DNA of 13,615 nt from Octopus sinensis (lineage: Eukaryota), in the NCBI RefSeq assembly GCF_006345805.1, contig NW_021826152.1, positions 1 to 13,615 on the forward strand, in the 5' to 3' direction. A program made the position numbers and the translations under genes. The notes under the pieces were generated by a model. The model ran no database searches and had not been told where the DNA came from. It saw nothing but the letters and a program-made list of their open reading frames with translations. Positions 7,383 through 13,615 of this stretch are shown in pieces (the stretch's first letter is position 1; every line of letters starts with the position of its first letter).

Positions 7383-7472
7383 CTTTTTGGTTCTTCCTTT
7401 AAACACCACAGCAAAGGCCCCATGACCTATAAGATCCTTTTTGCTGTATTCATATTCCCCGACCGACTCCAT
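7383..7472 (-). CDS. ULK1/ULK2 (Atg1, unc-51): First coding exon of serine/threonine kinase ULK1/2 (Atg1/unc-51): [30 protein letters not shown]
   Basis: The translation matches the ULK/Atg1 N-terminus, including the glycine-rich loop [15 protein letters not shown] at 7472-7470 is in a strong context (TTGAAGATGG). The 30 codons end at AAG|GTACGT, a phase-0 donor at 7382, the position I recall for the first intron of vertebrate ULK2. The track ORF start at 7526 is a TTG and is not the real start. Confidence 0.95.
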
Positions 7473-7547
7473 CTTCAACAGCTGGGGTGGACGACAGGGC
7501 CCACAACAAGTAATGATGGGACACAAAAATGCACACCTCTCACAATA

Positions 7548-7565
7548 TTATTATTATTATTACAT
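7548..7565 (-). promoter_or_regulatory. Start-stop uORF (ATG followed by five TAA) in the putative ULK 5' leader
   Basis: The minus strand reads ATG TAA TAA TAA TAA TAA. It is the only minus-strand ATG between 7473 and 7787 and has a weak Kozak context. The TSS is unknown. Confidence 0.4.
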
Positions 7566-7705
7566 ACAAAGTATATATTACTGCTACTACTACCGTTGGT
7601 TTTTCAGTATAGTAGCAGTAGTAGTAGTGGTGGTGGTGTAGCTGGAATAAATTATTGTTCTTCTTCGTGCTGTTGGTGTAGTCGAAGTTATGTAATTAAA
7701 ATCCT

Positions 7706-7722
7706 TGACGGGGGGGGTTTCC
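7706..7722. promoter_or_regulatory. Adjacent CRE half-site (TGACG) and kappaB-consensus match (GGGGGTTTCC) in the putative proximal promoter
   Basis: Motif match only, about 240 bp upstream of the ULK ATG in an otherwise very AT-rich stretch. Confidence 0.2.
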
Positions 7723-7829
7723 ACAAATTCCAAATTATTCCTTTAATTGCAGGAAAAAAGTTAGTTAATTATGACTATAATCCAATTCATTAATTAATTA
7801 ATTGCAAAATAAATTAGACATAAAACTGG

Positions 7830-7940
7830 ATGAGTATATATATATTATAAGTGAGTGTATATGTACATTATTTGTACTTTGGGTGTGTGTATATTAAATA
7901 TATACGTTAGGGTACTTTGTGTGCATTTAATATATATATA

Positions 7941-7973
<33 letters not shown>

Positions 7974-8100
7974 CGTATATATATACGTTAGGGTACGTTG
8001 TGTGTATTAATATATATATATATATATATATATACGTATATATATATACGTGTGTGTGTGTTGTGTGTATATAAATATATAAATAAATATATATATATGA
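7830..8100. repeat. (TA)n/(TG)n tract with a short duplicated TATACGTTAGGGTAC.TTGTGTG unit
   Basis: The unit appears near 7901 and 7982. Confidence 0.8.
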
Positions 8101-8311
8101 TTTGCAAGAAGGAAAAAAAACTATTTGTTTTCTTAATCACAGAACTTGAGAAAGGATTTTTAAAACTTTTTAATTAAATTTTTAATTGGTTTTTTTTTTT
8201 TTGCATTTGTGTAGTTAATTTTTAAATAATAATTAATATATTCGTAGTATAACTACAACTTTTATTATTATTATTAATTATTATTATTGTTGTTGTGTTA
8301 TTCTCTCCAAG

Positions 8312-8410
8312 TCTTGGAAAAGGGATTGAAGATGGCCTGGCTTGGAAATTCTTCAGAGTTTAACCTCGCAGACCAATTCCTTGATAAAAGAAAGACGGAA
8401 TCTCCCTCAG
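8312..8410 (+). CDS. Candidate exon of an unidentified gene divergent from ULK (ATG at 8332: MAWLGNSSEFNLADQFLDKRKTESPS...)
   Basis: 99-nt complex island bounded by TTCTCTCCAAG and CAG|GTGTGT, with one frame open throughout and a strong Kozak context (AAGATGG). I recognise no homologue. Confidence 0.4.
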
Positions 8411-8490
8411 GTGTGTGTGTATGTGTGGGTATATAATTGCGTTTGAAGAACTATGACATATATATACATATATAAATATATATATATATA

Positions 8491-9065
8491 GGTAATAATA
8501 GTTGAAGATAGTGGTGATGGTGTTTAAGTAGACCCCTGACCAAATAGGTCAAATTAAGGAGGGTGTAGATAGATAGATAGATAGATACGTACGTGTGTAT
8601 GTTTAAAATGTATGTATATTATATATACACATATAAATATATAATATGTGTGAGTGTGTGTGTTCAGAAGGATCTATATATATATATATATATAGGTAAT
8701 AATAAGTGAAGATGGTGGTGATGGTGTTTAAGTTGACCCCTGACCAAATAGGTCAAATTAAGGAGGGGAGGTTGATAGATAGATACGTACGTGTGTATGT
8801 TTAAAATGTAGTATATTATATATACACATAAATATATAATATGTGTGTGTGTGTGTTTTCAGAAGGATATATATATATATATATAGGTAATAATAGTTGA
8901 AGATGGTGGTGATGGTGTTTAAGTTGACCCTTGGCCAAATAGGTCAAATTAAGGAGGGTGTAGATAGATAGATAGATACGTACGTGTGTATGTTTAAAAT
9001 TATGTATATTATATATACACATATAAATATATAATATGTGTGATGTGTGTGTTCAGAAGATATAT

Positions 9066-9098
<33 letters not shown>

Positions 9099-9470
9099 TA
9101 TATATAGGTAATAATAAGTGAAGATGGTGGTGATGTGTGTTTAGTTGACCCCTGACCAAATAGGTCAAATTAAGGAGGGTGTAGATAGATAGATACGTAC
9201 GTGTGTATGTTTAAAATGTATGTATATTATATATACACATAAATATATAATATGTGTGTGTGTGTGTTCAGAAGGATATATATATATATATATAGGTAAT
9301 AATAGTTGAAGATGGTGGTGATGGTGTTTAAGTTGACCCTTGGCCAAATAGGTCAAATTAAGGAGGGTTGTAGATAGATAGATACGTACGTGTGTATGTT
9401 TAAAATGTATGTATATTATATATACACATATAAATATCTAATATATGTGTGTGTTCAGAGGATATCTATC

Positions 9471-9515
<45 letters not shown>

Positions 9516-9696
9516 ATATAGGTAATAATAGTTGAAGATAGTGGTGATGGTGTATAAGCTGACCCTGGCCAAATAGGTCAAATTAAGGAGGGTGTAGATA
9601 GATAGATACGTAGGTGTGTATGTTTAAAATGTATGTATATTATATATACACATATAAATATATAATATATATGTGTGTGTGTGTGTGTTCAGAAGG
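8491..9696. repeat. Six-copy composite tandem array with a ~190-225 bp period
   Basis: GGTAATAATA unit starts at 8491, 8695, 8886, 9107, 9295 and 9521. Conserved core TGACC....CCAAATAGGTCAAATTAAGGAGGG plus (GATA)n, (TG)n and (TA)n modules. Confidence 0.95.
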
Positions 9697-9739
9697 AGTG
9701 TGTTCAGTTAAAGAGGTGATCCTGTTTCTATTAAGTCAA

Positions 9740-10290
9740 ATGTGACGATGATGGTGATGAGGAGGGGGTGATGGTGGTGGTGGTGATGGTGGAGGCGATT
9801 GTTCTAGTGCTGTTGGTGTTGTAGTTGGTGGTGGTCGTGGTGGAGGTACAATGTCGAAAAGGCGACTGGAGCTTTTATCTTCCTTCTCTTTCTGTGATCT
9901 GAGACTTCGCCTATCTCTTCATTCAACCACATTTGAGTATATATAATTATTATTGTTGTTGTTGTGGTGGTGGTGACTGCAGTGGTATGCTGAATTAATA
10001 ACAACAACAACGACGACGACAACAAGAACTATAGCAGCAGTAGGAGAAATGGTAGTGGTGGTGGAGGCGATGGTATGGAAGCCTATAATACATTTGTCTG
10101 TGTGAATCACACCACTCTGTTTATATCATCATTGCCATCATCATCATCAGCATCAAAGTAAACAGCAGCAAAGGCACTCCGATACTGATGATGTCACTGG
10201 TAGATGTAGTAGTAGTACTAGTACTAGTAGTGGTGGTGGTGATACCATTTAGCCAAAGATACCAGTGGAATGGTGGTGGTGATGATAGCT
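9740..10290. repeat. Mosaic of trinucleotide runs (GGT, GAT, GTT, AAC, CAT, AGT)
   Basis: Read directly from the sequence. Confidence 0.8.
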
Positions 10291-10374
10291 TAGAATACGC
10301 TTTGGCTACAAGATCACCATTGTCTGTTGCAACAGTATGTATAGCAGGGCATTATATATATATAAATATGTGTG

Positions 10375-10389
<15 letters not shown>

Positions 10390-10406
<17 letters not shown>

Positions 10407-10760
10407 CAAACAGACAGATAGTTGGATAGATAGACAGATGAATAGATAGATAGATAGATAGACAGGCAGACAGACAGATGGAAAAATAGATAGATGGATA
10501 GATAGATAGAAAGGCAGATAGATAGATAGACAGACAGATAGACAGACAGGCAGATAGATAGATAGATAAACAGATGGATAGATAGATAGACAGATATATG
10601 GATAAATAGATAGATAGACAGATATATGGATAAATAGATAGATAGATAGATAGACAGATGGATGAATAGATAGATAGATAGACAGATGGATAGATAGAGA
10701 GATAGATAGACAGATGGATAAATAGATAGATAGACAGATAGAGAGATGGATAAATAGATA
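10390..10760. repeat. (GA)n then (GATA/GACA/GATG)n tract
   Basis: Read directly from the sequence; explains the YLSI ORFs on the minus strand. Confidence 0.95.
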
Positions 10761-11668
10761 CACACAGAGGGGAGAGTATATGTATATATGAAGAGAGAGT
10801 ATATATGTGTATATAGGTAGAGAAACTGTATATATATATATATATATGCGTATATGTAGAGAGGGTGAGAGGGATGTATGTATTTATGTATATAAAATGT
10901 ACTTATAAGCTATTTGCTTTGCCCTGTCAAAACCCAGCAAAGATCCTAAAAGAGAGAAGCCTTTTATACTGAAATAATAATTATTATTATTATTATTTCC
11001 AATTTACAAGTGCGTATGAGACAAAGGATGATATCACTATAATTATGTATGTATATAAATATATAGAGAGAGTATGCAGCTGGTAAATGTGTGTGTATAT
11101 ATTATATATGGAGAGAAAAACAGACTTATGTGTGTATAAATATAAGAGATCGGCCTTTGTTCTGTATATATACCATGTATATATATATTTGCGTGTATAT
11201 GTGTGTGAGGTCAGCTGTTGTCTGTGTATATTAATGAGTGTGTTGACACCAGGTCGGTCAAGTGCTGTGTTTATACTTTGCTGTTGTATATATTATATAC
11301 ACAAGCCACAATGATGATGATGATGATAGTGGTGGAGGTGGAGGTGGTAATCTGTTGTCTTTCTCTCTCTGAACTGTTTTGATTAAATAGCAATTAGTGA
11401 TGTTTTTGTTGACAATTAAGAATTAAGATTATCACACACTCCCTCTATATATATATATGTATACGACACAAGCCCTAATTAAGAATAATTAGGGATCAAA
11501 ATGTGCAATAAAAGGGCTGATACGGAATAAGGAAGTAGGATGACCTACAAGGGATGGGGGGGGGGAACAAAATTACCTAGGGACTCCTTCTGGCATGCAA
11601 AACAAAATAAATAGTTAAGTATATGATAATTAAGCAAGCCAAAATACACACACACACACGTATATAAC

Positions 11669-12080
11669 AAGGTATATGTGTATGTATGAATGTATATATA
11701 AATATATAAGTGCCTATATATTTATGTGTATATGTGTGGCTATATATGTATGTATATGTGAGGCTATATATGTATGTATATATCTATGTGTGTTTGTATT
11801 AAGAATGTATATATATATGTATATATATAAAGGTAAGAAGGTATATATGTATTTATGAATGTGTATATAAATATATAAATGCCTATATATTTATATGTAT
11901 ATGTGTGGCTATATATATATATATATATGTGGCTATATATATATAATATATATGTATGTATATATCTATGTGTGTTTGTATTATGAATGTATATATATAT
12001 GTATATATATAATGGTATGGAGGTATATATGTATGTATGAATGTATATATATATGTGTACTAATATACAAATGTATGTAT
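11669..12080. repeat. About 2.3 copies of a ~170-180 bp TA/TG-rich unit
   Basis: AGGTATAT...GAATG...GCCTATATATTTAT...GTGGCTATAT units start near 11669, 11838 and 12020. Confidence 0.8.
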
Positions 12081-12639
12081 GAAGCTATTCATAAATGAAT
12101 ATATGTGTGTGTATAATTATATTAATTAATAATACCAATTATAGCAGGTGCTCCTTAAATCCAAGCCAGATAGAGAGAGAGATCTACCCTGCCTCCAAAA
12201 CTACTATTTTTCCTACATCTATTGCTGTTGCACACAGCCTCTTGTCTTTAGCTGTAAAGCTCCATCACTTCATGCAACACAGTTGTTGCTCATCTTCTTG
12301 AGTTCTTCACCATTCAGCTTCCATAGAGGAGGGTGGAATTGGTAAAAGATAGATGTGGGGGGGTAAAAGAGAGCCATTTGGCATCGCCTAGGACGGTTCC
12401 ATGGTGTCAGAGTGAAGCCTGTGTGACTGTAGAGAGACTGGATTGTGATTATAAGCGGTGGAGTCCCTTCTCTTGTCTTGCTTTTACTCCCGATTCTTGC
12501 CTCGGTTCGTCCGACTTGGTTATGTTTTTCCACAACAATCAACATTCAATGAAGTGAAAGCCAAGGGCGGAGTGATACTTCGCACTCTCACTCACTCACT
12601 CTATAAGTCTTGCCCTGTCACTCACTTGTATATTTCATA

Positions 12640-13299
12640 GCTCTCTCACTCTTCCTCTCTCTCTCTGTTACCACTCTTTAATCTTTCTTACTCTCTTTCT
12701 CCCTGCTACTCTTCTCTCTTTCTCTGCCACTCTTTAATTCTCTTAGTCTCTCTCTCTCTCCCTCTTTCGTTCTCACTCCTACTCTTCACTCTCTCTCTCT
12801 GCCACTCTTTAATTCTCTTAGTCTCTCTCTCTCACTCTCTCTGTCCCCACTCTTTATCGTTTTTACTCTCTTTCTCACTCCTACTCTCAGTATCACTCTT
12901 TTTCTGCCACTCTTCAATTCTCTTAGTCTCTCCCTCTCTGTCTCTGTCCCCACTCTTTATCTTTCTTACTCTCTTTCTCACTCCTACTCTTCACTCTTTA
13001 ATTCTCTAAGTCTCTCTCTCTCTCTCACTCTTTCAGTCCCCACTCTTTATCTTTCTTACTCTCTTTCTCACTGCTACTCTCAGTATCATTCTTTCTCCGC
13101 CACTCTTTAATTCTCTTAGTCTCTCTCTCTCCCTCTGTCTTTCTCACTGCTACTCTTCACTCTTTCTCTGCCACTCTTTGATTCTCTTAGTCTCTCACTC
13201 TCTCTCTCTCTCTATCTGTCCGCACTCTTTATCTTTTTTACTCTCTTTCTCACTGCTACTCTCAGTATCATTCTTTCTCTGCCACTCTTTAATTTTCTT

Positions 13300-13335
<36 letters not shown>

Positions 13336-13615
13336 TGTCTTTCTCACTCCTACTCTTCACTCTCTCTCTGTCACTCTTGAATTCTCCTGGTCTCTCTCTC
13401 TCTCTCCCTCTATCTATCTATCTCTTTCTTTTTCACTGCTACTCTCTTATTCTGTCGGGCTCTATCTCTCACCGCTACTCTTTTATACTTTCACTCACTC
13501 AGCCACTCTTCAATTTTTCTCGGTCAATCTCACTCTCTCTCTCTCTCTCTTTCATTCTCACCCTCTCTCTCTTACTCTACCTTCTCATTCATTCTGCTAT
13601 TCGTTTCCTGATTCT
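12640..13615. repeat. Pyrimidine-rich modular minisatellite (CTGCCACTCTTTAATTCTCTTAG module plus (CT)n)
   Basis: The module recurs near 12724, 12799, 12904, 12992, 13097, 13168, 13279, 13368 and 13501. Confidence 0.9.

Noticed and set aside
7473-7526. N-terminal extension [18 protein letters not shown] of ULK
   Set aside because: It starts at TTG, not ATG, and homology begins at MESVG.
7901-8004. TTAGGG hexamers as interstitial telomeric repeat
   Set aside because: Only isolated single hexamers inside a short duplication.
4608-10164. FoxO-type GTAAACA/TGTTTAC sites at 4608, 6337, 7126 and 10158
   Set aside because: A rough composition estimate gives about three such matches by chance in this window, so there is no enrichment.
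10121-10348. Stop-free minus frame ending in a Thr/Ser-rich stretch and a hydrophobic tail (possible membrane-protein last exon)
   Set aside because: It is largely produced by (ACT)n and (ATG)n runs, has no start codon or convincing acceptor, and has no recognisable domain. tBLASTn or RNA-seq would be needed to rescue it.
12135-12600. Complex island with TLLYGS-like and WKLN-like words on the minus strand (possible decayed LINE) and a GGGCGG box
   Set aside because: All frames are broken by stops and the matches are too short to call. A translated search against RT profiles would decide.
2-13615. Most ORFs in the supplied track (YIYI-, YLSI-, VVVV-, HHHH-rich and SINE-derived frames)
   Set aside because: They translate microsatellites or SINE bodies and often start at TTG/GTG. 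None resembles a protein family I recognise.

Overview
AT-rich, microsatellite-dense animal genomic DNA. The SINE repertoire and (TA)n/(GATA)n density suggest a coleoid cephalopod such as Octopus; this is inferred from recalled repeat families, not from a search. The one confident gene piece is the first coding exon of a ULK1/2 (Atg1/unc-51) kinase on the minus strand (7472-7383, followed by a GT donor). Positions 7382-1 are therefore its first intron; no exon 2 was found. The intron holds several tRNA-derived or RTE-type SINEs, some nested with target-site duplications (TSDs), and two MITEs (Tc1/mariner-like and Merlin-like). It also holds three asymmetric fold-back inserts with ~73-bp arms, each between (TA)n tracts. 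The most striking fold-back starts 33 nt into the intron (7192-7349) and carries a minimal Penelope-type type I hammerhead ribozyme motif in both orientations, so on either strand the ribozyme is preceded by its own perfect antisense copy. Upstream of ULK are a candidate exon of a divergent gene (8312-8410), a 6-copy ~200-bp tandem array with higher-order structure, and long simple-repeat tracts. Almost all ORFs in the supplied track are repeat artefacts.
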